A stretch of DNA of 64,000 bases, taken from positions 15,696-79,695 of the forward strand of contig JBBITT010000010.1 of NCBI GenBank assembly GCA_037440625.1, read 5' to 3'. The DNA is from Chloroflexota bacterium (GTDB taxonomy: Bacteria > Chloroflexota > Anaerolineae > UBA4142). Made by a program: the position numbers and the translations under genes. The notes under the pieces were generated by a model that made no database searches, was not told the DNA's origin, and saw nothing but the letters and a program-made list of their open reading frames with translations. Positions 11,677 to 21,090 of the stretch are shown one piece after another. Positions within the stretch are counted from its first letter, which is position 1. Every line of letters begins with the position of its first letter.

Positions 11677-11792
11677 TGCAACCGTTGGAACAAGCCAATT
11701 ACGCCACAGCCAGAACACAGACGCTCCGCGAAAACTCTGTGTGCTCTGTGGTTATAATTGAGTCGGGTTGAGCAGAGTTACCCACAAACGCA

Positions 11793-12044
11793 CTATTCGA
11801 CTTTGATCCGCGTTGCTTTGGGCGCGGTTTTTTCTTTTTCCGCCTGCTCTAGTTTTTCGATGCGCGCATCAATCAGTGAACGCCACGCGAGCAACATTTC
11901 TTTTTGCGCCGCGCGGCGATGCGTGTGAAACTCGGTGGGAAGCCATTCGGCGCGCCACTCTTTCATTTCCTTGCGGAACGCTTTGATGGCTTCTGCCAGA
12001 TGATCTTCCCACGAGAGTTCTTTTTCTTCTTCGGTCTTGGGCAT
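11793..12044 (-). CDS. Small helical hypothetical protein
   Basis: 83-aa charged ORF with an AGGAGG RBS directly after the methyltransferase stop. Confidence 0.7.
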   Translation of the reverse strand: MPKTEEEKELSWEDHLAEAIKAFRKEMKEWRAEWLPTEFHTHRRAAQKEMLLAWRSLIDARIEKLEQAEKEKTAPKATRIKVE

Positions 12045-12055
12045 TGCAAAACCTC

Positions 12056-12823
12056 CTACTCTTTCTCCGCCACCACCATCAACGAAGTGCCAATCGGCAA
12101 ATCAAAGCGTGTGAGCAAAGCGGCTTCCACTCGTCCGACGCCGCGCAAGGTTGTGTTGAGCCACGGCGCGACCGGTTCCATCTCCACTTGGTACTCGTCC
12201 TTGGACAAGTGATGCGATCGCAATTGCTTTTGTTTGCCCATCCAATTCCGCAACAGGATCAGCGGCGCGGACATTGGAAAGACCAGAAAGAAACCAAACG
12301 TCAATCGTCTGATGGAAAAGCCGGCGCGTTCCACGCGTTCACGCAATTCGCGCGGTGTATAGCGATGTTTGTGTCCGTTGATCACATCGTTGTAACTCCA
12401 CAGCCATTGAAACGCCGGGGTGCTAATCGCCAGAATGCCGCCGGGGCGCGCCACGCGAAACGCTTCGCGCAAAATCGCTTCGTCCGCGTCCACATGTTCG
12501 ATCACATCGAGTGCGGTAACGAGATCGAATGAAGCGTCCGGAAATGGAATGTGTTGGGTGGCATCGCCTTGGCGCACATCATAGCCGCGTTGTTGTGCCA
12601 TTGCGACCGGGCGCGCATCCACTTCGATCCCTTTGACGCGACCATAGCGTGCCAAGTGATGAATCATATTGCCGGCCCCACACCCAATATCGAGTACGTC
12701 GCCATCGCGGCGCGAGACGTGCGCATCGAGTAAATTCAAGAGTGACCACGTGCGTGTGGCGAACCACCAGTGTTGATCTTCGGGTAATTCGGTAATGGTG
12801 AGTTGAGAAATTGTTGTAGTGAT
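12056..12823 (-). CDS. Class I SAM-dependent methyltransferase; likely starts at non-canonical ATC 12823 (ORF track starts at 12739)
   Basis: LDIGCGAG, FDLVTALDVIEH and PA..WLWS..D...GHKHRY. The in-frame upstream extension contains EDQHWWFATR. Confidence 0.85.
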   Translation of the reverse strand: MTTTISQLTITELPEDQHWWFATRTWSLLNLLDAHVSRRDGDVLDIGCGAGNMIHHLARYGRVKGIEVDARPVAMAQQRGYDVRQGDATQHIPFPDASFDLVTALDVIEHVDADEAILREAFRVARPGGILAISTPAFQWLWSYNDVINGHKHRYTPRELRERVERAGFSIRRLTFGFFLVFPMSAPLILLRNWMGKQKQLRSHHLSKDEYQVEMEPVAPWLNTTLRGVGRVEAALLTRFDLPIGTSLMVVAEKE

Positions 12824-12955
12824 AGTAACCTCTCTTTGTCTATTGTCGCCGGTATTTTACACCGATTTGGGATGGTGCGCAATAGTTGCGCCAAAGTAAC
12901 ACACCCCTCAATCATTGAGGGGTGTGTGGGCAAAGCCATGTTAGGTTTTGGATGG

Positions 12956-13144
12956 TCAAGCGACTGGGTTTTTCTCTTCGGGCTTGTTTTGCTCTTGCGC
13001 CAACGCCAGTACTAGCGCCTTGAGTTCTTCAAGCGCTTGACGAATTTCTTGCAACTCTTGAGCGTGCAAATGTTGGTACGAGTCAAGTTGTTGTTCGAGT
13101 CGCAAGACACGGTATGCAACATCGGTGGGTGGAACACTTGACAT
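12956..13144 (-). CDS. Small coiled-coil hypothetical protein
   Basis: 62 aa with heptad Leu pattern, strong GAGGAGG RBS and its own -10 (TAGAAT, 13189-13194). Confidence 0.65.
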   Translation of the reverse strand: MSSVPPTDVAYRVLRLEQQLDSYQHLHAQELQEIRQALEELKALVLALAQEQNKPEEKNPVA

Positions 13145-13252
13145 TGTCCCTCCTCTGGCTCTCCTTTTGGGTCGGTGCGGTTATATTCATTCTAGCACAG
13201 ACATACTAAGGAGGGCTACGTCCAAATAGGTCATTCCCGGTGGTGAACGTAT

Positions 13253-15160
13253 CTATTCTTCGAGCGTGGTTACATCGCCTTCGGGTAGACCTTGGGCGCG
13301 TGCCTTGAGGACCCGGCGCATAATTTTGCCGCTTCGCGTCTTGGGCAGTTTATCTACAAAGGTAATTTTTTCTGGCTTGGCGATGGGACCCATTTCGTGT
13401 GCCACGTGCTGACGCAGTTCTTCGGCGAGCGTGTCGCTCGGCTCACGCCCGGCTTTGAGAATCACGTACGCGTAAATCGCTTGCCCTTTGACTTCGTGCG
13501 GCAGACCGATGGCGGCGGCTTCGGCAACGGCGGGGTGGCTCACGAGTGCGCTTTCCACCTCGGCGGTGCCTAGCCGATAACCGGACACTTTGATCACATC
13601 GTCCACACGCCCGATGATCCAGAAATAACCATCTTCGTCTTTGCGTGCGCTATCGCCGGTAAAGTACACGCCGGGATATTTGCTCCAGTATTGTTGTACG
13701 TAGCGATCCGGGTCATTGTAAATCGTACGCAACATGGCAGGCCAGGGTTTCTTGAGGACGAGATAACCTTCTTCGCCGGGCTTGACCGGGTTGCCGTGTT
13801 GGTCATACACATCGGCTTCTTGACCGGGGAACGGGCGCGTGGCACTGCCGGGTTTGAGATTGGTGACCGGTAACGGCGTGATCATGAACATCCCGGTCTC
13901 AGTCTGCCACCATGTGTCAATGATCGGACACCGCCCTTTGCCGATGACACGATGATACCACTTCCACGCTTCCGGGTTGATGGGCTCGCCGACGGTGCCG
14001 AGCAAGCGCAGCGAAGACAAGTCGTGCCGATTGGGCCACGATTCGCCAAAACGCATCAAGCCGCGAATCGCGGTGGGCGCGGTGTAAAAGATCGTGATCC
14101 CATACTTTTCGACGAGTGACCACCAGCGATTCGGGTAGGGGTACGTCGGCGCGCCCTCGTACATAAATGAGGTTGCCCCAAGCAGCAAGGGCGCGTAAAC
14201 GATGTACGAGTGCCCGGTGATCCAGCCGGGATCAGCGGTGCACCACCACCGATCTTCTTCTTTCAGATCGAATGCCCATTTGAGGGTGGTGGCAACCCCC
14301 ACCATATACCCCCCATGGGTATGCACGATGGCTTTGGGTTTGCCGGTAGTGCCAGAAGTGTAGAGCAGGAACAAGGGGTCTTCGGCGTCCATCACTTCGG
14401 TCTCGCAACGACCGCTACCGTTAGCGCGCGCAATCGGCAATCCCATCAACTCGTGATACCAGTAGTCGCGGCCCTGTTCCATAAACACATCGTGGCCCGT
14501 CCGTTTGAACACAATCACATGCTCCACGGTGGGAGCGCGTTTCAACGCTTCGTCCACAATCTTTTTCAGTTCGACGATTTTATTGTTCATAAAACTGCCG
14601 TCGCACGTGACCAACACATTCGATTGGCTGTCTTCGATGCGACCGTGCAGGGCTTCGACGGAAAAGCCGCCGTAAACGACGGAATGCACCGCGCCGATTT
14701 TGGCGCAGGCAAGCATCGCAATCGGCAATTCCGGCACGCGCCCCATATAGATTGTAACGCGATCGCCTTTTTTGACCCCCATCGCCTTGAGCACGTTGGC
14801 AAACTTGCACACCTCGCGATTGAGCGCGTGGTACGAAAAGGTGCGCACTTCGCCATCCTCGCCTTCCCAGATCAATGCGAGTTTGTTGCGGCGCCAGGTT
14901 TTGATGTGGCGATCCAGACAGTTGTACGCAATGTTCACTTGACCGCCGACGAACCATTTGTAAAATGGCGTGTTCGAATCGTCTAGCACCTTGTCCCATT
15001 TCTTGAACCACTCAAACTCCTCGGCGCGGGCGCCCCAGAACGCCGCCAAATCTTTTTCGGCGAGGCGTGCCATTTCATCGTAACTCTTGATGTTTGCGTT
15101 CGCGACGACTTGGGGGGAAGGAGGATAGATTTCAGTTATTTCTTTTTGTTCGTTTGCCAT
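13253..15160 (-). CDS. acs: Acetyl-CoA synthetase (acetate--CoA ligase)
   Basis: [33 protein letters not shown] and [12 protein letters not shown]; start MANEQK after AGGAG. Confidence 0.95.
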   Translation of the reverse strand: MANEQKEITEIYPPSPQVVANANIKSYDEMARLAEKDLAAFWGARAEEFEWFKKWDKVLDDSNTPFYKWFVGGQVNIAYNCLDRHIKTWRRNKLALIWEGEDGEVRTFSYHALNREVCKFANVLKAMGVKKGDRVTIYMGRVPELPIAMLACAKIGAVHSVVYGGFSVEALHGRIEDSQSNVLVTCDGSFMNNKIVELKKIVDEALKRAPTVEHVIVFKRTGHDVFMEQGRDYWYHELMGLPIARANGSGRCETEVMDAEDPLFLLYTSGTTGKPKAIVHTHGGYMVGVATTLKWAFDLKEEDRWWCTADPGWITGHSYIVYAPLLLGATSFMYEGAPTYPYPNRWWSLVEKYGITIFYTAPTAIRGLMRFGESWPNRHDLSSLRLLGTVGEPINPEAWKWYHRVIGKGRCPIIDTWWQTETGMFMITPLPVTNLKPGSATRPFPGQEADVYDQHGNPVKPGEEGYLVLKKPWPAMLRTIYNDPDRYVQQYWSKYPGVYFTGDSARKDEDGYFWIIGRVDDVIKVSGYRLGTAEVESALVSHPAVAEAAAIGLPHEVKGQAIYAYVILKAGREPSDTLAEELRQHVAHEMGPIAKPEKITFVDKLPKTRSGKIMRRVLKARAQGLPEGDVTTLEE

Positions 15161-15499
15161 CACTTTGCTCCTATGAATGATCGTTAGAAAACGAAAACCG
15201 ACGGCGTTATGACAGACGCAGATCGGTCTCTGTGATTGAAACGCTGATGTCGGTACTTGAATTCGTACATTAACTTTCCCAGTCTGCACTCGTCACAAAC
15301 CAGGTCCATCCATAACACTCACCTATTCTAACGGAGAAAATGTTCACTTGTCGAGGGGCAAATGGGTCATCGAGGCGTGCAAAAGTATCAGAGCAGAATC
15401 AGCGTGGGGTGGGTCAGTTGCTACAAGGGACAATCAGATTATAATCGGGTCGGTAAACGGCAGTGGTGTGCAATCTGAAATTAGGGGAGAGACTGTTTG

Positions 15500-16339
15500 A
15501 TGCAACGAAATCCATTATTGCCTACTCAACCCGTGTTGCCGCGCGAACACGGTGGTTGGGCAATGTTCTTGGTACCATTGGTCGTTGGTTTGGCAGTTGG
15601 GTTGAGGCGCAATGCGTCCGATAACGTGATCTTGACCAGCGTAACGTTACTTTTATTCGTGTTGGCGGCGTTTGGTTTCTTTCTGGTGCGCTATCCGCTG
15701 ATGTTGTTGATCAAAACGCGCAATTCCAATGAAGGGCATGTGTTGGGGTGGAGTAGCGTCTATGGCGCGGTCACATTCATTGGCGGGGTGGCGACAGTGG
15801 TTCTGACCCAGGTTTGGGAGTTGGTCATCATCGGCCTGATCGGCGGGGGGTTGCTGGGGATTCACCTTTGGCTGGCCACGCGCCGATTGGAGATGAGCGT
15901 GGTGGGTCAATGGACGGCAATTGCCGGCGCAACTTTGGCGGCGCCGGGAGCGTATTTACTTTATGCGCGCCAGTTCGACGTCACCGCCGCGATGTTGTAT
16001 GTTCTCGGTTTCTTGTTCTTTGGCGGCACGGTGTACTATATCAAGTTCAAAGTGCGGGAACAATTGCGCGTTACCACCGATACCTCGAACGTGTGGATGC
16101 GCTTGCAGGCGGCACGCGCGCCGATTTTCTATTCACTCGTTGCAATACTCATTGTCGCCCTGTTTGCCATGATCGGGTGGGTGAGTCCCTTGGCGCTACT
16201 GGCGATCTGTGTGCCGGTGCCCAAGGTGTTCATCGGCGCGCTGGAGCGGCCGAGGCGGGTGAGTCTGCCCCGGTTGGGCGTCATCGAAATTGTGCACTCG
16301 ATTACCTTTGCGCTGTTGATGATATGGGCATGGGTGTGA
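15500..16339 (+). CDS. YwiC-like membrane protein
   Basis: N-terminal P-x-EHGGWAM signature, multiple TMs, GTVYYIK and LGVIE motifs. Confidence 0.75.
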   Translation: MQRNPLLPTQPVLPREHGGWAMFLVPLVVGLAVGLRRNASDNVILTSVTLLLFVLAAFGFFLVRYPLMLLIKTRNSNEGHVLGWSSVYGAVTFIGGVATVVLTQVWELVIIGLIGGGLLGIHLWLATRRLEMSVVGQWTAIAGATLAAPGAYLLYARQFDVTAAMLYVLGFLFFGGTVYYIKFKVREQLRVTTDTSNVWMRLQAARAPIFYSLVAILIVALFAMIGWVSPLALLAICVPVPKVFIGALERPRRVSLPRLGVIEIVHSITFALLMIWAWV

Positions 16340-16340
16340 T

Positions 16341-16982
16341 TCATAGCAAGCCGCGTTTGCCGGCTTCGGCGACGGCTTGGGCGCGATTGGCAACCCCCAT
16401 CTTTTCCAAAATGTCTTGCACTTTGCGTTTGACGGTTACTTCGCTCCAAAATAACTTTTCCGCGATCTCTTTGTTGGTGGCACCGGCGGCAATCATCCGC
16501 AACACTTCCAGTTCTTGATCGGTCAAGCCGGTATCCGCGCGCGCCTTGTCCTTTGCCAAATCCTTGAACTCGCGCATCAGTTTGCCCACCAAATTGGGAC
16601 TGAGCAACCGTTCGCCGCGCCCCACCTGTCGAATGGAATCGGCTAACACTTCTTGCGACGCGCTTTTGAGCAGATAACCTTCTGCGCCGGCGCGCAAGGC
16701 GCCAAACAAATATTCATCGTCATCATAAGTGGTCAGCACAATCACCTTGATGTTGGGGTAATCGCGTTTGAGGCGCTGTGTCACTTCAATGCCGCTTTGC
16801 CCGGGCATTCGAATATCGAGCAGGATCACATCGGGGTGGAGCGATTCCACAATCGCAAAGAGGGTCGGCGCGCTATCGGCTTCACCCACCACTTCGATGT
16901 CCGGATGATTTGCCAACACCCCGCGCACGCCTTGACGCACAATGGGATGATCGTCCACAATCATCACGCGAATGCTACTCAT
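16341..16982 (-). CDS. NarL/LuxR family response regulator
   Basis: Receiver (VDDHP, LLDIRMP, GYLLK) plus LuxR HTH (LTDQELEVL...NKEIAEKL). Confidence 0.95.
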   Translation of the reverse strand: MSSIRVMIVDDHPIVRQGVRGVLANHPDIEVVGEADSAPTLFAIVESLHPDVILLDIRMPGQSGIEVTQRLKRDYPNIKVIVLTTYDDDEYLFGALRAGAEGYLLKSASQEVLADSIRQVGRGERLLSPNLVGKLMREFKDLAKDKARADTGLTDQELEVLRMIAAGATNKEIAEKLFWSEVTVKRKVQDILEKMGVANRAQAVAEAGKRGLL

Positions 16983-16991
16983 CCTTGCCTC

Positions 16992-18482
16992 CTAGTTCAC
17001 GGGCACCTGCAATGACACCCGCGTCCCTTCGCCCGGGTGCGAAGTAATCTTGAGCGTGCCTCCCACGCCTTCTGCCCGTTCAGTCATTCCGATTAACCCC
17101 AGATGCGTCCGGGTTTGTTGCGTCACTTGAGCCAGATCAAAACCATTCCCATTATCCACAATCTCGACGTGCAAATCGCGCACGCCCCAGATCAGATGAA
17201 TTTGCACGTGGGTGGCGCGCGCATGCGTTTCGATATTGTTGAGCGCCTCTTGCACGATGCGAAAGACGGCGACTTCGCCTTCGGGGTTAAAGCGGCGCGG
17301 GGTACCTTCCACCGAAACGTGGCATTCAACGCCGGAATGATGCGCAAATCCTTCGGCGTACTCACGCAATGCTGGCACCAAACCATGGGCGTCTAGCGCG
17401 GTGGGGCGCAGACTATAAATGGCGCGGCGCATTTCCGCCTCGATGCGGCGCAGCAAGTCTTGCGTGGATGCCAAACGCGCCGCCGCCAAATCCGGATTTC
17501 GCGCCAACAGATCACGCGCGGCTTGCGTTTCAAACAACGCGCCGATAATCAGCTGTTGCACGCCATCATGCAAATCGTGGGCGATGCGTGCGCGCGTCCG
17601 CTCTTCGCCGCGATGTTCCTCGGTGAGGACTTGACGCAACGCATCCGCTTTGCGTGCGAGCTCTTCTTTGGCATCAATCAATTCGCGCGTGCGTGCAATC
17701 ACGCGTTGTTCCAATTCTTGATTCAGTACTTTTAACTGCTCGTGCAATTGGGCTTTTTCGATGGCGACACCAATTTGTTGTCCCACCGCCGTCAACAGAT
17801 CACGCTCTTGACGATCGAACGCGCGCGGCGTGTGCGTTGCCACGTGAATCACCCCGACCACCCGATTGGCGGTACGCACCGGCACGCTCAACACCGATCG
17901 AAATTGCTCGCACGCACAGGCGGTCTGGGCAAGCGCAGGCACTTGCCCCACCTCTTCGATGGCGATCAATTGACCTGTCTGCGCCACCTTGCCACACACA
18001 CATTGCCCCAACGGAATTACACGCTCCGATTCGATAAAAGCATTGGAAACACGCCGTGCGCTCCGCAAAACGAGTTGACCGTTTTCGATGAGACGCACTT
18101 CGCCGGATTCCAGTTGCAGCAAGTCGAGCACTTGATCAATCGCCCGATTCAAAACGCTCTCCAAGTCCAACGATTGATTGACCACCTCGCCGATTTTGTT
18201 GAGCATGAGGACTTGTTGATGTTCCTTGGCGCGGTGTTGTTCTGCTTGTTGGAATAGGCGAGTCGCACGATGTGCCCACGCCAGCGTGAGAAAGGTTAAG
18301 GCAGGTCCAACAATACCCAGCAACATCAAGCCCAGCAAAGCTTGGACAGACCAGAGGGAATAGCCATCTACGAAGACGGTTTCCCAAATGACAAACCCGC
18401 CCCCGGTCACCGCAAGCACTAGAGGAATGAGCCAGCGTTGAACCGTGAGTTGACGCAGAAAACGGGCGGAAGGGTTGAGCAT
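16992..18482 (-). CDS. Sensor histidine kinase: 2 TM + GAF + HisKA_3 + HATPase
   Basis: RIAHDLHDGVQQ H-box, RIVQEALNN, DNGNGF, GLIGMTER; the GAF carries CVC and CAC. Confidence 0.93.
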   Translation of the reverse strand: MLNPSARFLRQLTVQRWLIPLVLAVTGGGFVIWETVFVDGYSLWSVQALLGLMLLGIVGPALTFLTLAWAHRATRLFQQAEQHRAKEHQQVLMLNKIGEVVNQSLDLESVLNRAIDQVLDLLQLESGEVRLIENGQLVLRSARRVSNAFIESERVIPLGQCVCGKVAQTGQLIAIEEVGQVPALAQTACACEQFRSVLSVPVRTANRVVGVIHVATHTPRAFDRQERDLLTAVGQQIGVAIEKAQLHEQLKVLNQELEQRVIARTRELIDAKEELARKADALRQVLTEEHRGEERTRARIAHDLHDGVQQLIIGALFETQAARDLLARNPDLAAARLASTQDLLRRIEAEMRRAIYSLRPTALDAHGLVPALREYAEGFAHHSGVECHVSVEGTPRRFNPEGEVAVFRIVQEALNNIETHARATHVQIHLIWGVRDLHVEIVDNGNGFDLAQVTQQTRTHLGLIGMTERAEGVGGTLKITSHPGEGTRVSLQVPVN

Positions 18483-18489
18483 AAGCCAC

Positions 18490-19023
18490 TTATTTCCAAT
18501 TCACATTGATACGTTTTTTGCGCCCATCGCGATCCACAAACCACACACACTGGTTGTCGCGTCCAAACTCGTACAATTGTTTGGTGATAGCCACATCATC
18601 GCGGCAGTACGCAATCAACTTGTCCATCTGACCTTCGCGGAACCAACGAATCGCCGCGAGCCCATCCGCCGATTTATTTGCGCCAAGCGTGGCGTTGGCA
18701 AGTGCATCCAATCCCACGCGAAAACCCAGTTTGTTGTACACATCTTCCAACAAATCGAGCGTGGGCAGGTCGCTCAAGCGTTCCACCGTGTACGCTTTCA
18801 AGACTTGATAATCGAAATTCAGTACATTGAATCCAATGACGCGATCCGCCGCCTTGAGATCAGCAATCAGCGTGGTCGCTTCTTTTTCGGTGTACGCTTT
18901 GAAGGTGTTGGTGGCGGTGGAAAAGGTTACTGCCACCGACATTCGCAAGAGTCTGAGGTTTTCGCGGCCGCCCACTTCTTGAAATGAGCGCTGAGTTTCC
19001 AGATCGAAGAAAATATCGTTCAC
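18490..19023 (-). CDS. Stand-alone RNase H-like (YprB/RNase_H_2) exonuclease-fold protein
   Basis: FDLET, GFN..NFD, LDL and YCRDDV acidic motifs. Confidence 0.8.
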   Translation of the reverse strand: MNDIFFDLETQRSFQEVGGRENLRLLRMSVAVTFSTATNTFKAYTEKEATTLIADLKAADRVIGFNVLNFDYQVLKAYTVERLSDLPTLDLLEDVYNKLGFRVGLDALANATLGANKSADGLAAIRWFREGQMDKLIAYCRDDVAITKQLYEFGRDNQCVWFVDRDGRKKRINVNWK

Positions 19024-19037
19024 CGAAATCCTTACTC

Positions 19038-19952
19038 CTATTTGAGTATTCCCAACAAAATCGTCAACGTTACAATGCTGGCAAGGGTAGAGGCAAAGAT
19101 GATGCCGGTCACAATCTTGGGACGCGTATCAAATTCCACCGCCACGATAGATGCCATGACGGCTGTCGGCATAGAGGATTCGATGATGCAGACAGCGCGC
19201 GTAACGCCGGTCATGCCCATCAGCGCGGCGAGCGGAAATGAGAGGAGGGGCACGATCACCAATTTCGCCACCGTAGCCAGCCCAATCACCGGCAGATGAT
19301 TGTCTTCAAAAGTTACGCGCGCCAATTCGATGCCGAGGATCACCAGCATCACCGGGATCGCGCCGTCTTTGGCAAGATTAACCGATTTCATCAAAAATTC
19401 CGGGAGCGTCAGGTGTGCCAGATTGAACATCAGCCCCAACGCGACGGCATAGACCAACGGTAATTTGAACACATTCAAAAGCGCGTCGCGTGCACTCGCG
19501 TGTCCGCTTGCCGCCACAAAGATGCCGAGTGTTTGGGTAAAGATGGCGCTCATCGTAAAATAAAACGCCGCGCGCGATAAACCCTCCTCGCCAAACGCAA
19601 ACAAGATGAGTGGCAAACCATAATTGCCGGCATTGACAAACAAGACCCCGAGCATAAACGCCGCGCTGGTCAACCGATCGTACCGCATCAAGTGCGCGAG
19701 GCTCCAACCGACAACGACCATGATGCCGGTGATAATCACCGCGAATGCCGCAATCGAAATGTACTCGACGCTGAGATCAGCTTGATAGGTGGAGGCGAAG
19801 ACGAGCGCGGGTGTGAAAAAGTACAACATGGTGCGCGAGAGAGGACGCGCTTCTAATCCGATTCGTTTGGCGAGGAGATAACCAACGCCGGCAACGAGGA
19901 TGATGGGGGTAATGATGTTGATCAGGATGGCGGCGAGCGATGCAAGGTCCAT
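19038..19952 (-). CDS. AEC (auxin efflux carrier) family transporter
   Basis: About 10 TMs with TPALVF, NAGNYGLP, KLVIVP and MPTAV. Confidence 0.88.
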   Translation of the reverse strand: MDLASLAAILINIITPIILVAGVGYLLAKRIGLEARPLSRTMLYFFTPALVFASTYQADLSVEYISIAAFAVIITGIMVVVGWSLAHLMRYDRLTSAAFMLGVLFVNAGNYGLPLILFAFGEEGLSRAAFYFTMSAIFTQTLGIFVAASGHASARDALLNVFKLPLVYAVALGLMFNLAHLTLPEFLMKSVNLAKDGAIPVMLVILGIELARVTFEDNHLPVIGLATVAKLVIVPLLSFPLAALMGMTGVTRAVCIIESSMPTAVMASIVAVEFDTRPKIVTGIIFASTLASIVTLTILLGILK

Positions 19953-19958
19953 TGACGA

Positions 19959-20948
19959 TTATCCATCTTCCTCGCTGTCTTGATCGTTCTCCTCTAACTC
20001 GTGCGTGCGAATATCAAAGAGCAACAAATCCGATCCGCTGGTAAATTCCAATTCTTCTAGGGCGTCATCGGCGAGCGCGCTCAACACCTCATCGTCCGAT
20101 TGCGCGGCTTGAGTGAGCGCACGTTTTGCCGCCTTGCCGCCGATTTGTCCCAATGCAATGATTGCCGCGCTTTGCACTTCGCGATCCTCATCGTCCAAGA
20201 GTTCGATCAAGCGTGGCGTGGCTTCGCGATTTTCCAATTCGCCGGAGGCGCGCGCGGCTTCAAAACGCATTCGGGGATCCGGCGAATCAAGTTCGTCTTG
20301 GGTGATTTGACGCCACATCTCATCGGCGGTGCGTCCCATTGCCGCGATGGCACTTGCGCGCATTTCCGGGGCATCGTCTTCGTATGCCGCCTCAATGACC
20401 TCGCGCACAATCTCATTGCTCCAGTATGCCAACGCCTCGACGGCGCGACAGCGCACGGTCAGGTCTTCAAAGGCACTGCGCGTGGTGGCAAGCAAGGCTT
20501 CGCCGATGAGATCGGCTTGACCTTCCCGCAAGCGACCGTATTCAGCGAGGAGCATCAAGCGACCGAGGGCATCGGCGGCGGCGGCGCGCACGCCGGCATC
20601 GGGATCGCTGCGCAGAAATCCAATCATTGGATTGACGAGGGCGGCATCTTCGGATTCCCACAATCCTTCGATCCCGGCGGTGCGCACTTGGGCGTCTTCA
20701 TCGTTGAGAAAATAGCGAAAGAGAATTTCAAAATCGAGTTTGAAATCTTGCTCCGCCATCTCGACCATGCGTTGCGCAATGCTACGGCGCCGGGCGAGGG
20801 GGATATGGGTCCATGCTTCGGCAAAGGCAGGCAGTTCACGTTTGTTCAATCCGGATAACGCGGCAATAGTGCTGGCGGATAATTGGTTGGCATTCTGAAG
20901 TTGTTTAAGGGTTTGGCTGAATTTGGTGGGAATTTTCTTGCTTGGCAT
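19959..20948 (-). CDS. HEAT repeat protein
   Basis: Repeated DED..VR..A..ALG units and an acidic tail; start 20948 or 20957. Confidence 0.85.
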   Translation of the reverse strand: MPSKKIPTKFSQTLKQLQNANQLSASTIAALSGLNKRELPAFAEAWTHIPLARRRSIAQRMVEMAEQDFKLDFEILFRYFLNDEDAQVRTAGIEGLWESEDAALVNPMIGFLRSDPDAGVRAAAADALGRLMLLAEYGRLREGQADLIGEALLATTRSAFEDLTVRCRAVEALAYWSNEIVREVIEAAYEDDAPEMRASAIAAMGRTADEMWRQITQDELDSPDPRMRFEAARASGELENREATPRLIELLDDEDREVQSAAIIALGQIGGKAAKRALTQAAQSDDEVLSALADDALEELEFTSGSDLLLFDIRTHELEENDQDSEEDG

Positions 20949-21037
20949 TTCATCCACTCTCGCGCTTATTATACCACAAGATCCCGGGCGCGGCTATGGT
21001 GATGCATTGGCAATGACCGATCAATGGGATCGCGAAG

Positions 21038-21072
21038 CAAAGACTCCAGGTTACCAACCCCTGGAGTCTTTG
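21038..21072 (-). terminator. Stem-loop terminator after the 21091 gene
   Basis: 13-bp perfect stem CAAAGACTCCAGG/CCTGGAGTCTTTG. Confidence 0.65.
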
Positions 21073-21090
21073 TGTTTCAACGCGGTGGGC

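Noticed and set aside
12736-12939. 67-aa ORF as a frameshifted N-terminus of the methyltransferase
   Set aside because: It spans the predicted promoter and has no motif; the HWWF segment is already in frame with the main ORF.
4713-15356. Exact 14-mer TTCACTTGTCGAGG at 4713-4726 and 15343-15356
   Set aside because: A few 14-mer matches are expected by chance in 64 kb, and the two contexts differ.
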